Positions 36,982-48,500 of a stretch of 64,000 nucleotides of DNA are shown here, in pieces. Position 1 is the first letter of the stretch, and the number at the start of each line of letters is the position of its first letter. The notes under the pieces were generated by a model. It was not told the DNA's origin. It searched no databases and was given only the letters and a program-made list of their open reading frames with translations. Location: assembly GCA_001275005.1 (NCBI GenBank), contig JWZX01003412.1:1-64000 (forward strand), read 5' to 3'. The stretch is from Chrysochromulina tobinii (Eukaryota). The position numbers and the translations under genes are program-made.

Positions 36982-37164
36982 TACGATCGGCTTGATGATG
37001 CTCGACTCGCGGTGAACTCGTGTGTGCGCACACGCGCGGCGACGTGGCGAAGTGTGAACTGAACCTGTAACTCAAATAAGGTCAGCTCTCGAACACTTAT
37101 TCATTTGAGAACTCGGGAAATGAATGGCTCGAGCAGCGGCCCTAGCTCGCCGATGCGTACGGCG

Positions 37165-38837
37165 CTACGGCGCTGTCGCAGCGTCACTCCCTGCCGTCGA
37201 AGGACCCTCAACAGAATCCTCGAGCTCGACTGTCTCGCCACCGACCTTTATTTGCCAGATCTGCAACGTCTTCGACCGTACCCATGAGTGCGCATTGGAC
37301 CAGCGCAGCACGACGAGCGCTGAGGCAAACCCAGCGGCATCGGTGCTGGCAGCAGCAGCGCCGCGTGGCACGATGCAGCTCCCCGAAACCGCGCCGTCGC
37401 GGGCGGCGAACTTGCGATTTGGCTCGAGTACACGCTCCTTGACGTCACCCGGCAGGAAGCACGCCACTGAGAACTGGACGTGATCGCTCGCTATGGAGAA
37501 CCTCCAGCTCACCAGCTGCCCTTCAACTGCGAGCCGCGACTCCTCGTGAGCCCGTCCTGCGCCTATCATCACCTCGGTGGGTGCTGACGGCTCCGAGTCG
37601 TCCCCTTTGTCGTCAGCCCTCTCCAAAGGGTGGCCATCGTCGTCCGGCGGCCGTTGCACACCCGCCACGCCGTCGAAGCTACTGAGCATCTTCATCATCA
37701 TCGGCGCATCCATCATCTGCAGCAGTGCTGCACGGAAATCGCTCCCGTGTAGGCTCACCTGCGCAATCACGTAGTCACAAGCAGCGTTGGTCCACATCCA
37801 ATGGTCCAAATCTAATGCGGAGGAGGTGCGGAAGCCACGCCCGTGCAGGCTCATCACATGCTGCGTCGCCACGGGCATCCAGCCATAAGGGCTCATCAGT
37901 GCTCATCAGTGCTCATCAGTGCTCATCAGTGCTCATCAGAGGTCATCAGAGATCACCTTGCGCTGCGTCGCCACGGGCATCCAGCCAGCGGCCACCGTGC
38001 GCTTCCACACGGTAGTGGCCCACAATGGGCAGTTGATCACAAGCACCTTCAACAGACCCTCGGCGAGCGTCCTGTTCAGAGGCGTCTGGAACTTGGAGTC
38101 GTACGCAATCCAGCGACGCGACGACAACTGCCACACTTTTGCGCCCCGCAGGTCGACGATCAAGCTGCGAGCACAACGGTTCGATCCGATGAGTCTGGTT
38201 GAGCAGCTGGATGAGGGCGAGAGGGCACAAGGCCAGCTGGATAGATGGGCGCGTGCAGCTCTCTCTCTCTCTCCCTCTGAGGTTCCAACGCGCTGCAACC
38301 TCACATCATCTTGACCATCTGACCCTGCTCGACGGACAGGCGCTGCAGCTGCCCCATGCGCGACTCGCATTGTGCCAGGTAGAACTCATGCATGCCCGCC
38401 TCGCCGATCTCGTCCAAGATAGCCGCGTACTGATGAAGGCGCAGCGGCTCGTACACAATGACGTGGCCGTGCTTGCCGATCCCCACAGTTGGGATCCCCG
38501 GCTTGAACTGATTCACCGCGGCCTGATGCGGAAAGCCCGCCGTCTCGTGATGGCAATCAAGGTGAGCCCACTTCTCGTGAACTTCATCCATGTTGAATCT
38601 GACGCGCAGCTCCAACATGTCGCGGACTGCTGCGACAGCCTGCGTCACGTCGTTGTCGTACCCACGCAGGAAGCGTAGCAGCCGGATGTCTCCAGTCACA
38701 TCCTCAAATCGAGCGCTCGGCGCAGCCTTCAAATCTGCTTCAAGACGCTCACGCATCGTCCTGAGCTGCTCCTCCTCCTCAGCGGTTGCGAGCGACACGT
38801 GAAATTTGTTCTCGTCGCGCGCGGCGCCGGCTGCCAT
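37165..38837 (-). CDS. Sec14/CRAL-TRIO + GOLD domain lipid-transfer protein, 3 exons
   Basis: DIRLLRFLRG (CRAL N-terminus), LIVDLRG, VINCP and GOLD LRWSNAHSWVRSKTL. Introns 38304-38165 (140 nt) and 37956-37759 (198 nt) restore the frame. Confidence 0.85.
37891..37950. repeat. 10-bp tandem repeat GCTCATCAGT inside an intron
   Basis: 4 exact and 2 degenerate copies directly after the minus-strand splice donor at 37956. Confidence 0.95.
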
Positions 38838-39000
38838 GTGAAAGAGAAGCTCTGGGAAGAAGTTTAGTCAAGTCAAGTCAAGTACCGGTACTGTACTGTA
38901 ATACTGCACTGACTGCCGACTTTACTGAAGACGTATTCTGGCGCTTACTTTTCTGGGGAGGGGACACGGCAGCCGACGAGCGGTGGCCGTACCGGCCATC

Positions 39001-41289
39001 TCACTGGCTGGTGGTGGACTGGTTCTGCACGGCATACAAATTGGGCGACCTGGGGCTGAGCTCGAGCTCCCGCGAAACCCGCTTATATTTCTCATTGGCC
39101 ATCATCTGCACCTGCGTGTCGGCCTTGAGCTCGAGCTCGGTACGCGCGAGCTTTCTCTTCTCCTCGGCCTCCTGCTGCGCAATTCGGATCTTTGCGTTGT
39201 GCTCAGTCTCCTCGAGCATCGCCTTCATCATGGCAGTCGTCATGACCCGCGGCTTTCCCAGCGCCGTGTCAAGATCGCTCTGGTCGGCGTCGGCCTCCGT
39301 GGAGTCCCGCATGTTCTGCGCGATAAAGTCATCGAATTGCGCAATGGAGCCAGGAGTGAAGCCAGCAGGAATTTGCATGTCGCCAGCATGTTCCTCGACC
39401 TGTTCCTGACCGTCCCGCAGCATGCCATCGATGAGGTCTCCGGAGACCATCCGGCCACTGACCTGCTCCGGGTTGGCACGCATGATCTCCTTGCGTACCG
39501 CCCTGGGCAGCATCTTGCCATGCGTGGCCGCCGTCGGCACGTACCGCAGGCTCTCGTGGTACAAAATCTGGCGGCACCCCACCCAAGAGTTGGCCATCAT
39601 CGCTTCGGCGAGCACTCGCTGCAGCTCTCGCACGATCATCTGCAGCCGCGTCGTCTCGCGCGCGTGCTCGCGCGCGAGATCGCGCTCGCGCGTGCGCTCC
39701 GCGAGCATCGCCTTTGTTGCCTGGTGCGCTTTCTTCTCGCGCTCCAGCTGGCGTTCCAAATCGTTTGAACGTTTCTGCTGGGGAGGACACCGAAGTTTCC
39801 AAGCGTAGAAGCCCTTCCACAGCTCTCGCTTCACGAAGCGGGCGCCAGCCCTTTTCTTCAGCTCGCGAGCGCGATTCGCCTCCCCGTGCCACTTGCCCCA
39901 GCCTCGCGAGAGCTCGAGCGACATGATGCGCTGCATGGCTATCCGCATCAGGTGCGCCACACGCATTTCCCGCTCCTTGCCGAGAGTTCCGTCTATCAAC
40001 CCGAGCTTGCGCTCCTTCTCCTTGAGGTCCTCGCGAAGCTTCTCGTTCACCTTGCGCACCTGCAGGAGCGCGCGGTCGAGGTCACGGATCTGCGCCTCGA
40101 GCGGCTCGACTATCCGGCGGATGCTCCCTTTCGGTGGGTAGTGGAAGACCCACTTCCGAAGTGCAGCGTGGCGCGCGGCGTCGCGGAAGCGGCCGGCGGC
40201 TTTGCGCTTGAGCTGGATGTAGTACTGAGAGTACGCCACCCAGGACGTCCAGCCGCGCGACAGGTCTCCCTTCATAAGCCGACGCACTGCCACGTGCCTC
40301 AAGTGCTCGATTAAGTTGCGACGCTTCTCCTCTTCGGTCTGTGCGAATCTCTCCTCCTCCTGCTCCTTGAGCATGCTCAGCTCGGCGATGGTGTCGTCCC
40401 TCTGAGTGATCAGATCCTCCGCGCGTTGCAGGTCGACGAGCAGGGCGCGCTCGACCGCCGACGCCTGGTGCCGTAGTAGATTGTTCCCGCGGTGGAGATT
40501 GTACTGCGCGGCTAGGATCTCGTGCATCATTTCCTCCTCGCCACGTTCGAGCTCCGCCTGGAGCGAGCGGATGAATGCCTCGCGCTCGATGGCGCCCTGC
40601 TGCGACGCGGCCAGACTCGCCGCCGCCGCCGCCTCGAGGCTGCGGCAGGTTGCCTCGAGCTTGTTCGAGAGCACAGCGCTGCGGTGGACAAGCTGGCCGA
40701 CGGGGTAGCGCGCGCCGTGGGTGGGCGGAAATTCCATGTCATAGTCGCGGTCGATGGCCTCGAGCGCCAGCTTGGTCGCCGCGCGCTCTTTCGCCGAGCG
40801 CTGCAGGGTGCGCGAGAGCATGCGCATCTCCTCGTCCTCACCATTGAACCGTGAGAGCGGCGGCGCCACCTTGGAGAGCAGCCTGGAGCGCGATTTGGCG
40901 TGGTCCTCGCGGTGCTCCTGGCGCATCGCCTGCATGGTCTTGCTGATTCCGAGCTCAGATTTGCTCTTCAGCATGCCCATCACGCCCAGGCCCGCCGTGT
41001 GCCGCACGCGAGGCGAGCCGACCACCTGGATGGGCTCCATGCCTAAATAGCCGATCTCGGCACCACCGCTGCGCTGCAGCGAACCGTTCGAGGCCAATGG
41101 AGTAAACTGCAGTCTGCCGGGCCGAAGTTTGCCCGCGAGCGACGGCGCTGAGCGCGTCATCTGCTCCGTGCGCGTGAGCGGAACCTCCATGCCGGGCACG
41201 GGACTGCCTATCATGCCTAAAGTTGAACCGTTCACGCGTTGGAGAGTGAGGGCGTGCGTGCGTGTTTGCGCATGAATTTTCAGAAACAT
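39001..41289 (-). CDS. Coiled-coil protein of unknown function with spaced xxxW motifs (weakly Sfi1-like)
   Basis: 762-aa ORF with E/R/L-rich helices and motifs LSRGWTSW, ALRKW, LSRGWGKW and WKGFYAW. Start may be 41214. Confidence 0.65.
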   Translation of the reverse strand: MFLKIHAQTRTHALTLQRVNGSTLGMIGSPVPGMEVPLTRTEQMTRSAPSLAGKLRPGRLQFTPLASNGSLQRSGGAEIGYLGMEPIQVVGSPRVRHTAGLGVMGMLKSKSELGISKTMQAMRQEHREDHAKSRSRLLSKVAPPLSRFNGEDEEMRMLSRTLQRSAKERAATKLALEAIDRDYDMEFPPTHGARYPVGQLVHRSAVLSNKLEATCRSLEAAAAASLAASQQGAIEREAFIRSLQAELERGEEEMMHEILAAQYNLHRGNNLLRHQASAVERALLVDLQRAEDLITQRDDTIAELSMLKEQEEERFAQTEEEKRRNLIEHLRHVAVRRLMKGDLSRGWTSWVAYSQYYIQLKRKAAGRFRDAARHAALRKWVFHYPPKGSIRRIVEPLEAQIRDLDRALLQVRKVNEKLREDLKEKERKLGLIDGTLGKEREMRVAHLMRIAMQRIMSLELSRGWGKWHGEANRARELKKRAGARFVKRELWKGFYAWKLRCPPQQKRSNDLERQLEREKKAHQATKAMLAERTRERDLAREHARETTRLQMIVRELQRVLAEAMMANSWVGCRQILYHESLRYVPTAATHGKMLPRAVRKEIMRANPEQVSGRMVSGDLIDGMLRDGQEQVEEHAGDMQIPAGFTPGSIAQFDDFIAQNMRDSTEADADQSDLDTALGKPRVMTTAMMKAMLEETEHNAKIRIAQQEAEEKRKLARTELELKADTQVQMMANEKYKRVSRELELSPRSPNLYAVQNQSTTSQ

Positions 41290-41397
41290 TTTAGAAAAGA
41301 CATTCTTCTAAGTCCTTGCTACAGGTACGTGTAAATCTCGTGTCCTCGTCCGTACATATATGCCGATTTCGGATATGTCACGTCGGCTTCCACAACA

Positions 41398-42402
41398 ATG
41401 GTCGCGCTCTTGCCCTTGCAGGATTTGCTCGCGCAGGCGAAGGCGAAGGCGCTCGATCCCGCGCGCTGCGGCTACGACCTGTGCCACGCTATAGTCTCCG
41501 GTGTGCGCGAGGCGCGCGCCAGCCGTCCGGACCTCGTCGCCCGCTTTGGCGCGTACCTGCTTCAGAACCACGCCTCGTCCCTGTCGCACGAGGTGTGGGC
41601 GACGTACGAGCAGGTGTACATGGCGCTGCTGCAACACGGGCGCGTCGCCCCGGGCAGCACGAATGCCGCCTCAGCGGACTCTGAGGACTTGCGCAAGGCG
41701 CAGCAGTACACGGCGACTCTCACAAAACAGTTCCCCAGCTCGCAGCGCGTCCGGCGGCTCGAGGCCATGCTGTTGGAGGCGAGGCGCGAGTACGGGGAGG
41801 CGGAGAAGGAGTACAAGGCCATCCTAGAGGAGGACCCTCACAACCTGCAGGCGGTCAAGCGCCAGATCGCCCTGCACCGGCAAAAGGGAGAGGTGAAGGA
41901 GGCGGTCAAGAAGCTGAACGATTACCTCACCACCTTCTGCAGCGACATGGAAGCGTGGGTCATGCTGCACGAGCTGTACCTGAGCGCGCAGAAGTACAAG
42001 GAAGCGGCCTTCTGCATCGAGGAGCTCGTGCTCATCAACCCGATGAGCTACATTTACCTCGTGCGCGCGGGCGAGATCACCTACACCAAGGGCATCTCGC
42101 AGCATGGCGGATCGCACGACCAGCTGCTCACGGCGCGCAAGTACTTTGCGCACGCGCTCGAACTCAAGCCGGGCTGCCTGCGCGCGCTCTATGGCATCCT
42201 GCTCGTGTGTGCCGCCTTCGGCTCCTCCACCAAAGGCAAGGGCGTCAAGGTGGATACGGCAGAGCTCGTTGCCTTCGCCCAGCCGCTGCTGCTCAAGGCC
42301 TACACGCCTGCGACGGGCCCGGCGCACCCGATGCGCGGGCTCGTCATCGCGATGCTCAAGAAGCTCACCGTGGCCGAGGGCACTCTTCCCGCCAGCGCTT
42401 GA
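41398..42402 (+). CDS. EMC2: ER membrane protein complex subunit 2 (TTC35)
   Basis: WATYEQVYMALL, QFPSSQRVRRLEAMLLEA, LNDYLTTFCSDMEAW, AAFCIEELVL, ARKYF and LRALYG. Confidence 0.92.
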   Translation: MVALLPLQDLLAQAKAKALDPARCGYDLCHAIVSGVREARASRPDLVARFGAYLLQNHASSLSHEVWATYEQVYMALLQHGRVAPGSTNAASADSEDLRKAQQYTATLTKQFPSSQRVRRLEAMLLEARREYGEAEKEYKAILEEDPHNLQAVKRQIALHRQKGEVKEAVKKLNDYLTTFCSDMEAWVMLHELYLSAQKYKEAAFCIEELVLINPMSYIYLVRAGEITYTKGISQHGGSHDQLLTARKYFAHALELKPGCLRALYGILLVCAAFGSSTKGKGVKVDTAELVAFAQPLLLKAYTPATGPAHPMRGLVIAMLKKLTVAEGTLPASA

Positions 42403-43270
42403 ACCGCGCTCGCATGGTGCGCCCACGGGTGCGCCGGGCTTTTCCTTCTTGTCTTTCTTTCGTACCGCCCTCAGGGTTATTGAGGGTGAGGCTGAGGGTG
42501 CTCGCGTGTTTTTCGCGTGCATGTAGGTTGTAGCATGCAACTTGTTTCATACAACCGAACGATGGTGACTCACTGGCTGAGTGTACTTGGTCGTCCGGGT
42601 GCGAATCTTCAATCTATGGCAGCTTATGGTTATGGCTTATGCCGGTTCGCCGCGCAAGCCGAGCCCCAAGCGGTTCGTCCCCATCGCCCATGGCCATGCC
42701 CATGGGCCATGCCCCAGGCGGGCGCCGCGAGCGGCCCGGGCGAACCATCTAGTACCATGGCGCCCGGGTCCCCGCGCGGCGCAAAAACCCCGGGCGCTCG
42801 GCGTTCTTAGAAGACTTCTTAGCCGTTGATGGCTCATGGCATTTTGATCACATTTGATGGGCCGCGTCGGTTTAGGGGCCTCCCCACGAGGTTGAGGTTC
42901 GCGCCCTTCTTGAAGCGACCAACGCAGGAATCCACGTTCCATGCGAACATCCGCGTCAAGACTCAAGTACCGATCAAGCTCTCACGCGCATTGCTCACGC
43001 GATCAAACGCGATCAAGCTAGGACCTAGGTACAACAAGCAACAGTATATACATGACGGCTTTCATGTACTTTCATAATATTCAATGTCAGAGGGCTCAGT
43101 GCGTCTTGCCGAGAAGCCGAGAAGCCGAGAAGCGAGATTCGTGGTGTTCATTCATAGCCAGCCCGAGTATTAACAGCCAGTTCACGCCCGAGGACCTTTT
43201 CGAAGACCTCTCCGCAGGACGACCAAGGACACCAAACGGTGCATCCAGACGGTACGAAGCCGAGGCAGAG

Positions 43271-44500
43271 ATGCTGGGGATGAGTTACCTTGCGGCGCTG
43301 CCCAACGCGCTGCTGTCCGCGGTCTCCTCGGCACTTTACGCGCTGCTCGCATTCGCATGGCTCGCCACAGCACAGCCGCGCGCTGCTCTGCTCCGTCGCG
43401 GGCAGTCGCTTTCGGCCATCCTTGCCTACGGCGCCCTGCAGCTGTTGGTCTCGTTCTTTCTCTCCGCGGTGCTGTACGCGGCACTGTACGCGGCGTTCGT
43501 GCCTGCGGCGGAGGCGGTGCACGAGCTTCATTTTGGCCTCTGTCAGCGGCCGCCGCCGGCTGCGAAGGGCGGTGCGCCCACGCCGTTGCCCGCTCGGGTG
43601 GCACGGCTCACGTTTACTGATGATGCGTCGGCACTACTCGCGAGCGCGTCAGGCGGCGGCGCCGCGGGCGCAGCGGCAGCAGTGGCCGCCGGGAGCATCG
43701 TACCTCCGCTCGTACGCGCGTACGAGTACGCCGTCGATATGTGCTTGCGACTTCCCGAAACGCCTTCGAACATAGACGTGGGTACCTTCCTTGCCTCCAT
43801 GCGGGTGGCGAGCGCGCGCAACCAGTCGCTGCTTGCCGTCGATCGGCAGCTGGTGCTGCGCTACCGTTCGGAGCGCGTGCGTGCGATGTGGTCGTACGCG
43901 TTCGCGCTGCCGCTGCTCCTCGGCTGGGTGGATGAGTATCAGGACGCGTGCCTAACGCTCACGGAGGGCTTCCTCAACCTTCGACACGATCCGGCGCGCC
44001 GCGCGACGCTCGCACTGGTGAGCCCGCACGCGTGCAAGCTGCAGTTGTACGCGGCGACGCTCACCTTCCGCGCCCGCCTCTCGGGCCTCACGTACCTGAT
44101 GACCGCCTATTCCTTCACCGCGGCCTCCGTCGGAATTGGCGGACTGATGCTCTTGCACTGGGTCGCGCTGCTTTTGTACGAGCTGCGGCCGGTGGCAGGG
44201 GCAGAGGCAAAGGCCCCGCCGCCCGCTACCGAGCGTCCGGTGCCAGCGCCGCCGCCACCGCCGCTTGCCCCACGCGCGGCTCCACGCGCGATTTTCAACA
44301 CCGACGACGGCGACGATGGGCTTGGCAATGATGACGATGAGTGTAGCGGCGATGAGCTCGACTTTCGGAGCGAGGACGGCAGCTACGCACGCGGCTTTGA
44401 CGATGGGCGGGGTGGTCCTCGTGGAGATTCGCCCTTTTACCCCTTTGACATGCCGCCCGCCCGTGGAGATGAAGGATTGCGGTACCGACGCGGGCGATAG
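43271..44500 (+). CDS. Seipin (BSCL2-like) lipid-droplet biogenesis protein
   Basis: Two TM segments flank YAVDMCLRLPETPSNIDVGTF, LRYRS and LYAATLTFRARLSGLTYLM. Confidence 0.85.
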   Translation: MLGMSYLAALPNALLSAVSSALYALLAFAWLATAQPRAALLRRGQSLSAILAYGALQLLVSFFLSAVLYAALYAAFVPAAEAVHELHFGLCQRPPPAAKGGAPTPLPARVARLTFTDDASALLASASGGGAAGAAAAVAAGSIVPPLVRAYEYAVDMCLRLPETPSNIDVGTFLASMRVASARNQSLLAVDRQLVLRYRSERVRAMWSYAFALPLLLGWVDEYQDACLTLTEGFLNLRHDPARRATLALVSPHACKLQLYAATLTFRARLSGLTYLMTAYSFTAASVGIGGLMLLHWVALLLYELRPVAGAEAKAPPPATERPVPAPPPPPLAPRAAPRAIFNTDDGDDGLGNDDDECSGDELDFRSEDGSYARGFDDGRGGPRGDSPFYPFDMPPARGDEGLRYRRGR

Positions 44501-45500
44501 TCAAGCGATATTCGCCATCATCAACACGTCCCAAACTCGAATCCCAAACAGCATGGATCGGCTGATTAATGCGCATCTCGACCATCGTCCATCGACGCAC
44601 ACCGCTTTCGCGTACGACTGAGAGCGACTCGATGTCCGACACAAGCGGTGTGAACTGTGATGTGCATGTGACTACATATTCCTGCTCCTTTCGAACGTCA
44701 CAGTCACACAGACACACCTCTGACCTCTCAGACTCGAAAGAATCAATACAAGGTAGACTATAATGACGTACTATGTTTTACTCGTAGACGCTTATATCGA
44801 TCGGCGGCCACGCGTGGTCGTCTCCGGTCTCCGCACTCAGAACGGGACCTATATTCGATTCCCCACCTCGCGCATCGACCCGCGGCCGGAGGTGCGGCTC
44901 CCCGCGCGCACACGAATACCAATGGGCATGTGATACTATGTAACTATATCAAAATCCCACGCGGCGTCCCGGTCGGGCCGCGCGCATACACGCGGTGCGC
45001 GTCTTAGCTCTTACGATGCGATGCACACGCGCGGTCGGGGAGATGTCCTGGATGATCCCGCTTCCCGGGCCGCCGGGGGAACGATGCGTGGCGAATCCTT
45101 CCGCTCAGCGCTTTGAAAAATGTAAGTAAGTAAGTTACATCTGAAAAATGTAAAACGTCAACGAAACCGTAACGTACCCGAAGAACCCCGACGCGATTCT
45201 GCATATCTCTACGTCTATGTTTTCACTTTTCTGTTTACTGTTATCCGTTCTGCATACGATACTCGTACACATACTCGACTGCCCGATTCTCCAATGCTCT
45301 TACCCATGGACCGAGTACCGCGATGATGGAGATGATCGTCATACGTCAACGTCATCGATACGACTGATCGACTGGCGAAGCGCGCATGCGAGCACAACAT
45401 GTTCCTGTACGTCAGGTTCCTATGCAATGACCTCTCGAAGATCTGAAATGTCTGAATCTGAGGCCATGGCCCACTCTTCATCTCTGAACTTAGAACAGGC

Positions 45501-48500
45501 TCACCACTTGTTGAAGTCCTGCCACTCGTTGTCGTAGCACTGGCGCGTGCCCATGTATCCGATGTAAGACGCTTCGTCAAAATCGTAGCCCGCACGCTTG
45601 CAATCAAAAGGTAGGTAATGCTCCTTTTTCATCGCTTCAATCGAGAAGCCGGCCTCTCGGATGCCCTCGACATAGCCGCCGATCTTGAGTTCCCTGAGCG
45701 TCATCCAGCCAGCCTGCACAGCTTCTGTGGCCGTGTATCCTCCCAGCCTGATCTCGTTGAGCGAATGCCAGACCAATCTCGCCTCCGCGCACGAGTAGCC
45801 CGCGTCGCGAGCTTCCTTGACCGTGTAACCGCCTTCCTGGGCTTCTTCGCAGGTGTAGTTTGCGTTCCTGATCTCCGTGCACGTATAACCGCCATCTCGC
45901 AAACCCGCAACGTAACCTGCTGACTTGGCCTCGTCAGCCCTGTACCCAGCAATTCGGAGGCGGACGAGGATCGACCAGTCCTCGCCCAGGCCAGCATCCT
46001 TGGCCTGCAAGCCGGCATTCTTTGCCTCCAAGCAACTATAACCGGCTTCACGAACCTCCTCGCACGTGTAAGATGCCGACTTGGCTTGAATGCAAGTATA
46101 GCCAGCCTTCCTGGCCTCAATGCAGCTGAATCCGCACCGCTTGATTTCCTCGACATAACCCACCATCTTGGCATTGCTGATTTGGAAGCCAGCATCCTTG
46201 ACTCCTTCGACGTATCCAGCTGCCTTGAGCACGTCAAGGCGTACGAATCCTGCCCATACTGCCTCAGAGCAGGAGTATCCCGCCTCATACATTTCAACAG
46301 CGGAGTAACCAGCTTCAAAGAGCCCCTCGACATAGCCCGCTATCCTAGCCTCCACGCACGTGTACTCCGCTGCCCTGAATTCTTTGGGCGAATAGCCCGC
46401 CTCCTTCATGCCTTGGACGTATCCAACCGCCTTCAGCTCCAGGATTTCCCAGCCGGCCTCCCTGGCCTCTTTTGCAGTGTAGCCAACCGCTTTCATGTCA
46501 GGGAGCGAGTCCCAACCACCCTCCCTGCACTCTTTGCAAGTATAACCCGTGAGCCTGGCTTCTTTCAGCGAATAGCCGCCAATCTTGACTTCTCCGGCCG
46601 TATATCCTACTGCTTTGCAGTCGTCGCACGAATAGCCCGCAGACTTCAAGAGTTTCACGTAGCCTGCTACCTTCACCTCCGCACAGGTGTATTCAGCATC
46701 ATAGAAATCGTGGATGTCGATCCAACCCGCCCCGTTTGCATCCTGAACGGTGAAGCCCGCAATTCTGCACTCGAGCAATCCGTAGCCTGCGGCTCGGGCC
46801 TCGCTACACGTGTATCCAGCGGCTTTGAGCCCCTTCAGATAGCCTGCGATCCTTGCTTCCTTGCAAGTGTACCCAGCTACATAAATCTCGGCAATCGTAT
46901 AACCCGCCGTAAACGCATGGGTGCTTGGATAACCTGCTGCTGCGAGACCCTTGACGTGACCTGAAGCCTTGACTTCGAAGCACGTGTAACCGCCGACGTT
47001 TAGATCCCTGAGTGACCAGCCGCCGTCGCCAGCCTCAGTGCAGGTGTACTCCGCAGCACGTGCCTCCGCGCAGGCGTATCCTGCTTCTCTGAGCTCCGCG
47101 CAAGTGAATCCGATCAGCTTGCAATCTGAAGCGGGGAAGCGCGCGTCTGCGTCTCTATAGCGCGCCATGATAGCGTCGCGGGCGGTATAACCAGCCGCTT
47201 TGATTCCGTCGATGTAGGGTCCTTCTTTGAATAGGACGGCGATGTTTGTCCAGCCTGCTAACATTGCCTCCGGGACTGTGTAGCCCGCGCTCTTGATTTC
47301 ACTGAGCGTATCCCAGCCACCTGCTCGGACCTCTATGCATGTGTATCCAGCCTCCCAGGCCTCCCAGAGCTCGAAGCCCGCTGCCTTGATCTCCACGCCC
47401 AAGCAGCCGGCATCGCGTGCCTCCTTGCATGTGCATCCTGCTTCCTTGAGATGCGAACCAAGCCCCACTGCTCTGATCTCGGTCGACGAGAACCCAGCCG
47501 CTCTGAGGCCTTCTACGTAGCCTCCATCCTTGAGCTCTTGCAGGCTCCAGCCTGCATCGATGGCCTCCCTCAACGAGTAGCCACCCTCTCTAGAGTCGCC
47601 ACAACTATAGCCACCAGATTTGACCTCCCCACTGGTCCAGCCTGCCGCCCTGGCTTCGCCACACGTGTATCCCGCCGCTCGGGTCTCGGTGGGTCCACAA
47701 CCAGCTTCCCTAGCCTCCGTGGAGGTATAGCCTGCTGCCGCCAGCTCCTCGGCATAGCCCCCCACGATGGCTTCCGCACACGTGTAATTTGCGTACTTAA
47801 TCGCCACACGGGTCCACCCCGCTTCCTTGAGCCCCGCCACGTAACCAGCGGCCTTTATGTCCACGATTGACGTCCAACCAGCTGCCTTAGCTTCCGTAGC
47901 CGTGTAACCGATGAGTCGAAGATCTTCGAGATCCTCCCAGCCCGCCGCTCTCGCCTGCTTGCACGTATACCCCACTCGCTTGACCTCCTTGAGCGTGTAG
48001 CCCGCTTCACGGAGACCATCGACATGTCCGACAGCTTTGCAATCCGAAATAGAGAAGCCCACGCGCCGCGCCTGGACAGCATCAATCCGACTGCAAGCGG
48101 CCGAGAGCTCGCGCTCCGCGAATTCGACGCGACCCGAGTCAACACCTGTACTCTTGGCGCTGTGTATGGCTGCTTTGAGACCTAATACGGCTGAATGGAA
48201 CTTGTCCTTATCGAGCTGTCCCCAGCCACAGCACCCACGGGTGGTTGAAGTACGGTAGAGCCAGCGCTGAAGTTCCTGAAGAGTCTTCAGCTTCGTCTCC
48301 TGGATTTCGATCATCTCGCGCTCCATTGTCCTCGGTGTGGCCGGCTGCTCGTCTAAGAATGAACTTGCCTTGAGCGTGAACTTCGATTGCGCCTCCAGCT
48401 CGGCAGCTTGTGCTTTACGCAAGGCCTCTTCAGCCTCCTCCAAAGCCTTCTGCGCGTGCTCCTTCTCTGCCATGATAGTGTCGTGGACCTTCGCCGTTGA

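Noticed and set aside
38866..38883. (AGTCA)n tracts here and at 58420-58433 as further inverted-microsatellite elements
   Set aside because: No inverted partner or flanking duplication could be found; left as simple repeats.
44800..44875. tRNA-like TTCGATTCCC motif
   Set aside because: No convincing acceptor, D or anticodon stems.
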